Assembly: GCA_964016885.1 (NCBI GenBank)
Contig: OZ024757.1
Location: forward strand, 4,650,001 to 4,714,000
Origin: Eledone cirrhosa
Taxonomy: Eukaryota
Length of the DNA stretch: 64,000 nucleotides
Direction: 5' to 3'
The number at the start of each line of letters is the position of its first letter. Position 1 is the stretch's first letter. Both the position numbers and the translations under genes were made by a program. A model generated the notes under the pieces. It was not told where the DNA came from, ran no database searches, and was given only the letters and a program-made list of their open reading frames with translations. Shown piece after piece: positions 18,001 to 30,407 of the stretch.

Positions 18001-20480
18001 ATATCATAGAGTTACTACTAGAACACTTGTAGATATAATACAGACATAATACAGTTACTGCTAGGACACTTGTTGATATAATACAGTTATAATACAGTTG
18101 CTGCTAGGACATTTGTAGATATAATACATTTACTGCTAGGACACTTGTAATTATAATGCAGATATAATAGTTACTGCTAGGACACTTGTAGATATAATAC
18201 AGCTATAATACAGTTACTACTAGGACACTTGTAGATATAATACAATTACTGCTAGGACACTTGTAGATATAATACAGTTACTGCTAGGACACTAATAGAT
18301 ATAAAACAATTACTGCTGGGACACTTGTAGATATAATACAGTTACTGCTGGGATACTTGTAGATATAATACAGTTACTGCTAGGAGACTTGTAGATATAA
18401 TACAGATATAATACAATTACTGATAGGACACTTGTAGATATAATACAGTTACTGCTAGGACACTTGTAGATATAATACAGTTACTGCTCGGACACTTGTA
18501 GATATATTACAGATATAATACAATTACTGCTAGGACACTTGTAGATATAATACAGTTACTGCTAGGAGACTTGTAGATATAATACAGATATAATACAGTT
18601 ACTGCTAGGACACTTGTAGATATAATACAGATATAATACAATTACTGCTAGGACACTTGTAGATATAATACAGTTACTGCTAGGACACTTGTAGATATAA
18701 TACAGTTACTGCTAGGACACTTGTAGATATAATACAGTTACAGCTCGGACACTTGTAGATATAATACAATTACTGCTAGGACATTGCAGATATAATACAG
18801 TTACTGCTAGGACACTTGTAGATATAATACTATTACTGCTAGGTCACTTGTAGATATAATACAGATACAATAGAGTTATTGCTAGGACACTTGTAGATAT
18901 AATACAGTTACTGCTAGGACACTTATAGATATAATACAGATACTGCTAGGACACTTGTAAATATAATACAGATATAATACAGTTACTGCTAGGATGCTTG
19001 TAGATATAATAAAATTACTGCTAGGACACTTGTAGATATAATACAGATATAATACAGTTACTGCTAGGATACTTGTAGACATAATACAGATATAATAGAG
19101 TTATTGCTAGGACACTTGTAGATATAATACAGTTACTGCTAGGACACTAATAGATATAATACAATTACTGCTGGGGCACTTGTAGATATAATACAGTTAC
19201 TGCTAGGAGACTTGTAGATATAATACAGATATAATACAGTTACTGCTAGGACACTAATAGATATAATACAATTACTGCTAGGACACTAATAGATATAATA
19301 CAGTTACTGCTAGGACACTTGTAGATATAATACGGTCACAGCTAGGACACTTGTAGATATAATACAGATAGAATACAGTTACTGCTAGGATACTTGTAGA
19401 TATAATACGGTTACTGCTAGGACACTTATAGATATAATACAGATATAATACAATTACAGCTAGGACACTTGTAGATATAATACAGTTACTCCTAGGACAC
19501 TTTTAGATATAATACAGATATAATACAATTACTGCTAGGCCACTTGTAGATATAATACAGTTACTGCTAGGACACTAATATATATAATACAATTACTGCT
19601 AGGACACTTGTAGATATAATACATATATAATACAGTTACTGCTAGGACACTTATAGATATAATACAGATATAATACAGTTACTGCTAGGACACTTGTAGA
19701 TATAATACAGTTACTGCTAGGACACTTGTAGATATAATACAGTTACTGCTCGGACACTTGTAGATATAATACAGATATAATACAATTACTGCTAGGACAC
19801 TTGTAGATATAATACAGATATAATACAGTTACTACTAGGACACTTGTAGATATTATACTATTACTGCTAGGACACTTATAGATATAACACAGATACTGCT
19901 AGGACACTTGTAAATATAATACAGTTACTGCTTGGACACTTATAGATATAATACAGATATAATACAATTACTGCTAGGACAGTTGTAGATATAATACAGT
20001 TACTGCTAGGACACTTGTAGATATAATACAGTTACTGCTAGGATACCTGTAGATATAATAAAGATATAATAGAGTTACTACTAGGACACTTGTAGATATA
20101 ATACAGATTTAATACAGTTACTGCTAGGACACTTGTAGATATAATACAGATTTAATACAGTTACTGCTAGGACACTTGTAGATATAATACAGTTACTGCT
20201 AGGACACTTGCAGATATAATACAGATATAATACAGTTACTGCTAGGACACTTGTAGATATAATACAGAGATAATACATTTACTGCTAGGACACTTGTAAA
20301 TATAATACAGATATAATGCAGTTACTGCTAGGACACTTGTAGATATAATACAGTTGCTGCTAGGTCACTTGCAGATATAATACAGTTACTACTAGGACAC
20401 TTGTAGATATAATACTATTACTGCTAGGACACTTGTTGATATAATACAGATATAATAGAGTTATTGCTAGGACACTTGTA
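1..20480. repeat. Tandem satellite, 32-bp basic unit TAGATATAATACAGTTACTGCTAGGACACTTG with 43- and 54-bp variants
   Basis: Unit is read continuously from the window start to GACACTTGTA at ~20480. Longer variants carry 1-2 extra copies of the 11-mer ACAGATATAAT. Confidence 0.98.
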
Positions 20481-22037
20481 ACACCACTAACTCACCCCTC
20501 CTTTTCACCGCCCACCCCACAACTAACAATACTAACACCTCCACTCCACCCCTCATCCGACCACCCTTCCCCAACTAACATACTAACATCCCTCCCTTCT
20601 TCTCCTCCCCCCTCCTTATCACACGCACACACCCACGCGCTCACACTAAACACACGCGCTCACACTAAACGCACACCCTACTACCACCACTAACCCTCAC
20701 CCCCACACCTCCATCACTAACACCCCCTGACCCCAAGCACACGAACACACGCAACCACTTACACCACCCACCCCACACGCAACTAACATCACTAACACCC
20801 CCCAACCCCACGCACACGTACCCACACACCCTCGTACACCACCAACTCTACACACCCTACCACTACTAACCCCCACTCACACCTGCATTCAACCCTTTCT
20901 CCACCTCCCGTATACTAACACCCACTAACACCGCCTTCATCAAACTACACACACACCAGTACACCACACTCCCTCCATCGACCCCCACTACCTTCTCTCC
21001 CCGCTCCACCCACACCCTTTCTCCACACTCACTCATCCCACTAACACCTCTACTAATACACACACACACCCTCCTCACTCCAACTTTCACACCTACCCAT
21101 CCTCGCCCCTTTACCATTCCACCCGACTGCTGCTATGCCCTCTGACCACCTCCCAGCACAAACAGACACACAGCACTCCCACCGCCTTGAGCACTTCCTG
21201 TTGCACGCGCACCCCACATCTCTCCTCTTCCGACCATCTCTTCATGGAATACTCGTATGTGGAACTTGACCACCGTGGAATCTACTACCATCATAGGAGT
21301 TTACCAACATTTCAACCACATCCTCTTACGGAATCACCTATATAACTCACCCACACACACACCCAAACATTTTTTTTCTCCCACACGCCACCTACACCCA
21401 CAACACGCTTAAACCCCACACACACGTGCTTTCCACCACATATTTACACCTTCAGTCTCCGGATTCCTCTCCCCCCACCCTCTATCCACACACGCACACA
21501 CACTCCGACCTACACCCCACCCCACACACACTTCTTCCTGAACATGCAACCTCGTTCTTCCCCCAACCCTTGCTTTCACATACACACACACACGTACACA
21601 CACACACACACACGTACACATACACACACACACCACCTTCAGCCCTCCCGCTCGGACACCCCGTCTCCCTCTCCTCACTCCACCCGCCACCACCACTACA
21701 CACCCCACACCCTTCCACCACCTGTTTTACCCCTTTTTAATTTCAGTTTATTTTGATCATGCTTTTATATTTATTTTTATTTCATTTCATTTTATTTTGA
21801 TCATGCTTTATTTTTATTTTTAATTTCATTCGCACCGTTTCCTCCCACCCCCTTTTCGCTATATGTCTCTCCACCACTCCCCTACACACCCTTTGAACTC
21901 TCTTCCCACACACTTCTCACCCGAGGAAGGGCTTATGCCCGAAACGTCGTTCCCCACCACCACCCCACTGTCCAGAGCGTGAAATTAATAAACATTCGTT
22001 GTACTGCCTCTCTGTTTTGTTCCTGTTCAAATTTTCC

Positions 22038-22040
<3 letters not shown>
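20481..22040 (+). repeat. C/A-rich low-complexity tract ending in an HHR-like motif and AATAAA; possible decayed PLE 3' region
   Basis: Strongly G-poor on +, with recurring ACTAAC/CACAC. Ends with CCGAGGAAGGGCTTATGCCCGAAACGTCG, then AATAAA, then (TA)n. Confidence 0.45.
21918..21952 (+). ncRNA. Degenerate minimal hammerhead-like motif (CCGAGGA core)
   Basis: CCGAGGA-A-GGGC-TTAT-GCCC-GAAAC-GTC. Palindromic stem III (ACGT); stem I only ~2 bp. Confidence 0.5.
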
Positions 22041-22084
<44 letters not shown>

Positions 22085-22751
22085 TAGAATACATATATAT
22101 ATACATATATATACACATACATATATATATATATATATACATACATATATATACACATACATACATATATATATATATACATATATATACACATACATAC
22201 ATATATATACACATACATACATATATATACACATACATACACGTATATATATATACGTATATATACACATACATATATATATACATACATATATACACGC
22301 ATACATACATATATATATACATATATATACACATACATACATATATACATATATATATACACATACATACATATATACATATATATACACGCATACATAC
22401 ATACATATATATACACGCATACATACATACATACATATATATACACATACATACATATATACATATATACACATACATATATATACACATACATACATAC
22501 ATATATATATACACATACATACATACATATATATATACACATACATATATACATATATATATACACATACATACATACATATATATATATACACACACAT
22601 ACATACATATATATATATACACATACATACATACATATATATATATACACATACATACATACACATACATACATACATATATATACAAATACATATATAC
22701 ATATATATACAAATACATATATATATATACAAATACATATATATATATATA
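22040..22751. repeat. Compound (TA)n/(TACA)n microsatellite
   Basis: Direct reading. Similar tracts lie at ~26890-27385, 28752-28860, 33690-33880, 34570-35470, 37535-38470, 39420-39910, 42856-43740, 45070-45483, 46094-47556, 49735-49980, 54424-55558, 56403-57024, 59100-59894 and 61750-64000. Confidence 0.97.
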
Positions 22752-22792
22752 TAGTAGTAATTGTACTATTTATGGTTATGTAAATACAAAAC

Positions 22793-25780
22793 AAGAGGTG
22801 AGATGGAGGGGTGAGATGGAGGGGTGCCTCTGCGAGACTAGTCGTAGGCAAGCGTCTTAGCTATAAGCTATTCTGGGTAGGTAAGGATGATGGGTTAGGG
22901 GGAGTAGGCATTTTCCTGGCTGAGAAATGGATCAATAAGACAATAGAGGTAGTTCGAGTTAGTAATCGAATAATTAAGCTTAGATTAGTTGTAGGTAGGA
23001 GACTACTGACAATCATCTCGGTCTATGCTCCCCAAGCAGGCCTAGGCAAAGATGAGAAAGACTGCTTTTATGAGCAACTTTTGCAAACAACCACAATGAC
23101 AGAGGACGGAGACACCGTTATGCTAGCAGGAGACTTCAATGGTCATGTTGGACAGCTCCAGGATGGTTACACTGGGGTACATGGTGGGCACGGTTACGGT
23201 TCAAGAAATGAAGAAGGAGTGAGACTTCTTGAATTTTGTGATGCAAGTACATTGACTATTTGCAACACAAACTTCCAGAAACCTGCCAATCACCTAATAA
23301 CCTACAAATCTGGTGAGCACATAAGCCAGATTGACTTCCTGCTAGTTAGGCAGCGGGACAGGCAGATAGTGTCTAATACCAAGGCATACCCTGGGGAAGA
23401 ATGTACCCCACAGCATAGGTTAGTTGTTAGTGATATCTCAGTAAGCAAGAGATGGAATGAGACATATAGGAAGGTGTGGAGAAGAAAGGTCTGGAAGCTA
23501 AAAGACCTTTCATTAAAATTCAAATTTAGGAAAGCCCTTCAAGATGTATATGACGAAAAAGAAGACGATTTAGAGACGTATGACATAGATAATAACTGGA
23601 AGTTCTTACGTGACAACTTGCTGAAGGCTACTGATGAAACCTGTGGCTGGAGCAGAGCTCCAACCAGACAGAGAGTGACCTGGTGGTGGAACAGCAGTGT
23701 AGATAAGGCTATTAGAGACAAAAGACTAGCATGGAAGGCTTGGAATAAGGGTGGGAGTAGGGAAGAATATACAGCCACTAAGAGAGAAGCTAGACGTCAG
23801 GTGTACTTAGCACGCAGGGAGGCAGAGAGTAGGAGGTTTGCCAATGTTCTGCGATGGGAAGATCAGAGGCGTGCGGTGTTCCACATTGCAAGGCAGTGTG
23901 TCAATGCAAATCAGGATGTTGTTGGTGATAAATGTGTCCGGGATGATGCCGGTGTACTTAGTGTCACGAATGACCAGAAAAAGGAGGCCTGGAAATGTCA
24001 TTATGAGAGACTGATGAATGTGGAGAACGAATGGGAGAGAGAGAAATTACCCTTGGTAGATCCGACAGAGGGACCAGCTATTGAGATTGACGAATATAGG
24101 GTCCAAGAGGCGATTAGGGAAATGAAAAATGGTAAGGCGGCCGGACCATCGGGAATAGTTGCTGAGATGCTGAAGGCATCAGGGGACGTAGGCACTAAAC
24201 TGGTTGCACGCATAATCAATCAGGCTATATATGGTGGTGTCATACCCAAAGACTGGTGCAGCAGTATTCTCATAAATTGCTACAAAGGTAAAGGGGATGC
24301 TTTGGAGAGGAGCAATTATAGGGTATAAAACTGATAGATCAGGTTATGAAAGTGGCAGAAAGGATTTTAGCACAACTAATTAGAGAAAGGGTCAAACTAG
24401 ATGAGATGCAGTTTGGTTTTGTGCCTGGGAAGAGTACAACAGATGCCCTCTTCTTGGTGAGACAAATGCAAGAGAGGTTCTTAGAGAAGAATAAGCCACT
24501 ATACTTAGCCTTTGTTGACCTAGAGAAGGCCTTTGATAGGGTACCCCGATCTGTCATCTGGTGGTCCCTAAGGAAGCTGGGTGTTGAGGAATGGCTTGTA
24601 AGGACAGTGCAAACTTTGTACAGAGGTACTCTCAGTAAAGTCAGGGTAGGAATGGAGTTTAGTGAGGAATTCCAGATACAAGTAGGAGTACATCAGGGTT
24701 CGGTCCTCAGCCCGCTCTTGTTCATTATAGTCCTCCAAGCCATAACAGAGGAGTTTAAGACTGGCTGTCCATGGGAACTTCTCTATGCTGACGATCTGGC
24801 TCTTATGGCAGAATCAGTAGAGGAGCTAGAGAATAAATTCCGGCTATGGAAACAGCAGTTGGAAGCAAGAGGACTGAGAGTAAATCTAGCTAAGACAAAA
24901 GTGTTGATGAGTAGAAAAGAGGACAAAACCCTGATTCCGTCAGGGAAATGGCCATGTTCGATATGCAGAAAAGGAACTGGCATAAATTCTATAAAATGCA
25001 CACAATGTAGGTCCTGGGTACACAAGAGATGTAGCGGGATAGCAGGCAAACTAACAGGTAGGGAGAAATATGTATGCAGTAGATGTACAGGGAAGTTAGA
25101 CAGTAGAAGTCGCACTGATAGACACATTTTTCAAATGCGAGAGGGCGCTATAGAAGTGGTGGATAGCTTCCGGTACCTAGGAGATCAGATTAGCATGGGA
25201 GGAGGGTGTTCCGAGGCCATAGTATCTAGAATAAGGACGGGTTGGAAGAAGTTTAGGGAGCTGCTTCCTCTGTTGACGAAGAAGGGTTTCTCCCTGCGTA
25301 CGAAAGGCCGGTTGTATGATGCCTGTGTGAGGAGCGCGATGCTGCATGGTAGTGAGACATGGGCAGCTACCGCAGAAGATATGCGACGGCTGGAGAGAAA
25401 TGAGGCAAGCATGCTCCGTTGGATGTGCAGTGTAAATGTGCGTGAACGACCCAGCATAAATGTGTTGAGAGAGAAACTGTGTCTGAGAGGGATAGAATGT
25501 AGTGTACGGGAGAGGAGACTGAGGTGGTATGGACATGTGATGCGCATGGAGGATGACCGATGGGTGAAGAAGTGCCAGGAAATGCCAGTTGAAGGAAGAC
25601 GTGGTAGAGGTAGACCACGAAAAACATGGGCGGAGGTGGTGAGAACAGACCTCAGATCATTGAAGCTCACGGTGGAGATGACGAGGGACCGTGACGAGTG
25701 GAGAGATGCTGTGCTGAATAAGACCCGTCCCACCCTTGCAAGCAGGGAAAAGCGGACGTAAAATGATGATGATGATGATG
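22793..25780 (+). mobile_element. RTE-clade LINE, family 1, slightly 5'-truncated, (ATG)n tail, AAAAC target-site duplication
   Basis: APE and RT coding sequence with (ATG)n tail at 25763-25780. AAAAC lies at 22788-22792 and 25781-25785. The empty site is visible in reverse at ~33645-33660. Confidence 0.95.
22811..25761 (+). pseudogene. RTE ORF (apurinic-like endonuclease + reverse transcriptase) with one frameshift near 24320
   Basis: Endonuclease motifs YAPQ, GDFNGHVG, SQIDF and QHRLV. RT motifs [23 protein letters not shown] and YADD, plus a Cys-rich insert. NYRGIKL is broken by a 1-bp loss (AATTATAGGGTATAAAA). Confidence 0.93.
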
Positions 25781-26803
25781 AAAACCTTTTGCAGTTATAT
25801 GTATTTTTTTATACAAACCCTAAATAGTGGTAGGCAGTAATGTATTACTACCTTATTACCAGTAAGTTAAGTAGCTCAATGTAAAAACATCAGTGGTCCT
25901 ATGAGTAGACTACAACTACAGAGATCATTAATTTAGAATCCTCGCTCATCGTCTATAATATTCATTTGTGGCACCCTACGATGGGGGTTAATTCACCATA
26001 ATAATACGAACACCTTCAGTACAACTTAATAAACTACTCTATAGTTAATACACTTTATGCCTTAGAAATTTTTTGGAAGTTGCGCATAACCATAGAAATT
26101 AGGGTCTATATTGAGACACATTTCAATAGCTAGGTATAGAAACCCCGGAGTTACCTCAACTCATGCATTAACTCCCCTTAGCCACACACACACTTCCGGG
26201 TAATATTCAATGTCGTTTCGCGAAACGTAACAGCCTCCTGTATTGAACTAAAGAACATCAGACTACGATTCTCTAACTGGATTGTCTAGAATTGCCGTGG
26301 ATTATGTGAGAGGCATATAATCAAAGAATACACTCCCCTGACCATGAAAATGTCGAAGTACATGAGGTCCTTGTCATCCCTTCGCTGTGCATCTCCAATA
26401 CTTTTAATATTTTTAATGCTTGCACTATTTTTAATGCTTATATCATTTCTCCACACACAGACTATAGCAATCATATAAAGAATTTGCCACCAGATCAACC
26501 AACCTAACACTCTTGTTTACCCACCTAAGTGCTCCTACTACACATATCTCTCTGCCACACTATATAAACAAGACGCACATGCGTGCCACACATATAACAT
26601 TTGCACTATATAACCGCTTAACTTCATGTTGTACTTTAACCTGTATTTTTGATTTTTGATTGTACCTTTTATTATGAATGTAATCTCGAAGTGTGTACTG
26701 CCACTCTAAATGCTGTAATGAATGTTGACCCACAATATTTGCATATGTATCGGTATGTCTCTTGGCTGAAAAGGAGGTCATATAACTGTCCATGCATTAA
26801 TAA

Positions 26804-26856
26804 ATTGCTCCGAAGAATCCAAACCCCGTTTTGGAGGAAACAGCTGTAAGCACAAT
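26804..26856 (+). ncRNA. Type I hammerhead ribozyme, CCGAAGA core (PLE family 1)
   Basis: attgct-CCGAAGA-a-tccaaa...tttgga-g-GAAACAGCTGTA-agcacaat. Palindromic stem III ACAGCTGT; predicted cleavage after GUA (26848). Confidence 0.75.
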
Positions 26857-26883
26857 AATGTTTTGAACAGTTCTTTGATTCTT

Positions 26884-26940
<57 letters not shown>

Positions 26941-27073
26941 TCAAACATACATTCATACATAAATATATACATATATATATACATTCAAACATACATTCAT
27001 ACATAAATATATACATATATATATATATATACATTCAAACATACATTCATACATACATACATACATACATACA

Positions 27074-27123
<50 letters not shown>

Positions 27124-27146
27124 CATACATACATACATATATATAC

Positions 27147-27177
<31 letters not shown>

Positions 27178-27194
27178 CATACATATATATATAC

Positions 27195-27241
<47 letters not shown>

Positions 27242-27579
27242 CATACATACATACATATATATACACATACATACATATATATATACATACATACATATAT
27301 ATACACATACATACATATATATACACATACATACATATATATATACACATTCATACATATATATACACATACATATATATATAAACATATTGTTATACTT
27401 GGGGAGGGTCATATTTGTGTAATATTGCCAGAATTAATAACAGAACACACTCACTGTTTGGTTGGTTTTCGCTTCTGTGTCTTTTATATCGGTAATCTAA
27501 TTTATTCGGTCCTCAATGTTGCCATTGACTGACCGACAGTCAAAAATAATACAGATACAATATAGACACAAACACATAT

Positions 27580-27633
27580 ATAGTTTATCATAAATCTTTC
27601 GTTGCACATCTGCAACATCATCAGTGGTGCTAT
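27580..27633 (-). ncRNA. Type I hammerhead ribozyme (partly decayed), PLE family 2
   Basis: Minus strand: atagcacca-CTGATGA-t-GTTGCA-gatg-TGCAAC-GAAAGATTTA-tgataaactat. Perfect 6-bp stem II; imperfect stems I and III. Confidence 0.65.
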
Positions 27634-28301
27634 TGTTTCCTCCTGTTGTATTGTATGGCTACGCCATTTTTATTCAGTCTGTCTATTGCATGCAAAGACA
27701 AAACCACGTAAATGGTATAACTGAAGTCGTAGACTAAAATTCTAACTAGGAAACCGAATGATTCTCGGCTTCAGAGTTAAGAACAAAGTAAATAAATACG
27801 ATACAGAAGTAATAGAAATAAATAAATACATACACGCAAACAAATACGTACATACACAAGCATACGCAAAAACACTCGCCATAGGTATACAAATACACGC
27901 ACATATAAATATGTGTGTGTGCGTGTATACAAAGAATTAAATAAACGTATATAAAAAAATAAATACGTATATAACAAGCGCACACACATACCTAGATGTA
28001 AATACACATATGTTCGGAGACGTACGTCAACCAAAACATGAAGTACACATATACAGACACCCTACATACGTACGAACCCACATACTCGCAAAACTCACGT
28101 ATACACATGAGCAAAAGCATATGTGCCAGAATATATAAAATATATACGCCATAACATATACAATCAAATATACGTACGAGGAAGTATACGTACCTTCACA
28201 AAACATACAGGTAATATATACTTACCTATACAAATAAGTAATGGTATAAACATATACTTAGCTACTACATCAAGACGTAAAATATCCGCGTATAGATCGT
28301 A

Positions 28302-28750
28302 CTATCCGTTAGGGTATAATGTGGGGCTGGAATACAGGAAAGTTTTTTGCAATTTATGTTTACAAGCCGAAATTGCCTCAGATTTTTTGTTTAAGATGTG
28401 GTCTGTGGCGTTGAGTATTTCCAGGGCCTCAGCGGCGCAGAGGTCACATGGTCTTTTATTTACGTTATTCGATCTAGCCCTAGCTAGGATCTCCCAGTGT
28501 AACTTATATTGGGTGTGGTTGTCTTTCAGACTCCAGATAAAAGCTGAAAGTGATGTCATATTCCTTCTTAAACTGTTAAGAAAAGAATGGGTATGCATGT
28601 AAAGACGCTGCTTGAATCTATTGGCGGTTAACCCTATGTAGGCCCTACGGGACATGGGTGTTTCAACCTTACATTTGTAGACAATGTTACTAGAGAGGCA
28701 TTTCCCGGATAGGGGGCAATCAACCCGATTCCTACAATTACAGTTAGTAC
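28302..28750 (-). pseudogene. PLE GIY-YIG endonuclease fragment
   Basis: [21 protein letters not shown]...AYIGLT, FKQR, CDLC..E and LNKKSE...CKH. Homologous to the C-terminus at 30408-30840. Confidence 0.9.
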
Positions 28751-28766
28751 TATATATATATATATG

Positions 28767-28808
<42 letters not shown>

Positions 28809-28915
28809 CATAAATATATATATACATACATAAATATATATATACATATATATATATATACATGAAATATATGAAATATATGAAATATAAGCATCAAAGA
28901 ACTGTTCAAAACATT

Positions 28916-28968
28916 ATTGTGCTTACAGCTGTTTCCTCCAAACCGAGGTTTGGATTCTTCGGAGCAAT
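28916..28968 (-). ncRNA. Type I hammerhead ribozyme, CCGAAGA core (3' arm of PLE family 1)
   Basis: Minus strand: attgct-CCGAAGA-a-TCCAAACC-tc-GGTTTGGA-g-GAAACAGCTGTA-agcacaat. Confidence 0.78.
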
Positions 28969-30407
28969 TTATTAATGCATGGACAGTTATATGACCTCCT
29001 TTTCAGCCGAGAGACATACCAATACATATTCAAACATTGATACATATTCAAACATTGTGGGTCAACATTCATTACAGAATTTAGAGTGGCAGTACACACT
29101 TTGAGATTACATTTATATTAATAGGTACAATCAAAAATCAAAGATATAGGTTAAAGTACAACATGAAGATAAGTGGTTATATAGTGCAAATGTTATATGT
29201 GTGGCACGCATGTGCGTCTTGTTTATATAGTGTGGCAGAGAGATATGTGTGGTAGAGGCACTTAGGTAGGTAAATAAGAGTGTTAGGTTGGTAGATCTGG
29301 TGGCAAAAATCTTTATATGATTGATATAGTCTGTGTGTGGAGAAATATTATAAGCATTAAAGATAGTGCAAGCATTAAAAGTGTTATAAGTATTGGAGAT
29401 GCACAGCGCAGGGATGTCAAGTAATTCATGTACTTCGGCATTTTCATGGTCAAGGGAGTGTATATTTCGATTATATGCCTTTCACATAATCCACGACAAT
29501 CCAGTTAGAGATCGTAGTCTGGTGTTCTTTAGTTCGATACAGGAGGTTGTTACGTTTCGAGAAACGCCATTGAATACCGGAAGTGTGTGTGTGGCTAAGG
29601 GGAGTTAATGCATGCGGGGAGGTAACTCTGGGGTTTCTATATCTAGCCATTAAAATGTGTCCCAATATAGACCCTAAATTCTATGGTGAAGTGCACCTTC
29701 CAAGAGAGACTTTTAAAGCATAAAGTGTATTAACTATAGAGTAGTTTAACTAAGTTATGCTGAAGGTGATCATATTATTATGGTGGATTAACCCATCTTA
29801 AGGTGCTACAAATGGAAATTATAGATGATGAGCGAGGATTCTAAATTAATGATCTCTGTGGTTGTAGTCTGCTCATATGACCAGGCGCGGTGATTGCAGG
29901 ATTGCTTCAGGACCCAATGATCTCTGGTAAGATCTGGGTCATCGCTTGCTACATTGGATGTCGAAAGATAATCATCCCCAGGCAGGCCAAAGGTCAATCC
30001 GCAGTCCTCACGACCCCTCTCTGACCGTCAGATCATCCATATACGTACAACCCGCACGGCAGTTGCATTGCATTCACTCACTGCGCTCAGCAGCCCGGTC
30101 CTACTGGTCAACAGCGCTACTCGATTAAATCATTTTACATCTGTCTAAGGAAGGTGTTTCCTCTGCCCAACACCATCCAACCGATCAATTCATGCTCAAA
30201 TTACCCTTAGAGCGGTGTAGTGCCGTTCAAGTGGGTGGATGTTGTCACACCTGCCGTAGAGGTATAAATGGGTATTTTCCCTGCGAAGGGTTCCAGAGGG
30301 ATGTCGTTGTTTGTGTTATAATGGATCAGCTAGTGTTGGGTATGTAGTATAGGGTGTGTCTCTGGTGTTTGATGCTAGATGTGGTGTTAGGTTCCAGTCC
30401 GACATTG

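Larger units (their letters stand above)
22752..26895 (+). mobile_element. Non-coding PLE family-1 derivative (inverted tail piece + ~1 kb of 3' UTR), interrupted by an RTE LINE
   Basis: 25894-26890 is a diverged match to the reverse complement of 28870-29883. The joined segments 22752-22792 and 25786-25893 match the reverse complement of 33545-33690. Confidence 0.85.
27388..28751 (-). mobile_element. PLE family 2, 5'-truncated (GIY-YIG C-terminus + 3' UTR with HHR)
   Basis: GIY-YIG coding fragment followed by ~900 bp of UTR containing a CTGATGA...GAAA motif; flanked by TA repeats. Confidence 0.85.

Noticed and set aside
1-20480. Short minus-strand ORFs (MYYICI..., CPSS repeats) and a CRISPR-like periodicity
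   Set aside because: These are translations of the satellite. There are no unique spacers or cas genes, and the context is eukaryotic.
20481-21120. Telomeric repeat array
   Set aside because: Only scattered CTAAC/CTAACCC; no tandem (CCCTAA)n.
26205-26232. GAAACGTA as a hammerhead half
   Set aside because: No upstream CYGANGA box; treated as a palindrome only.
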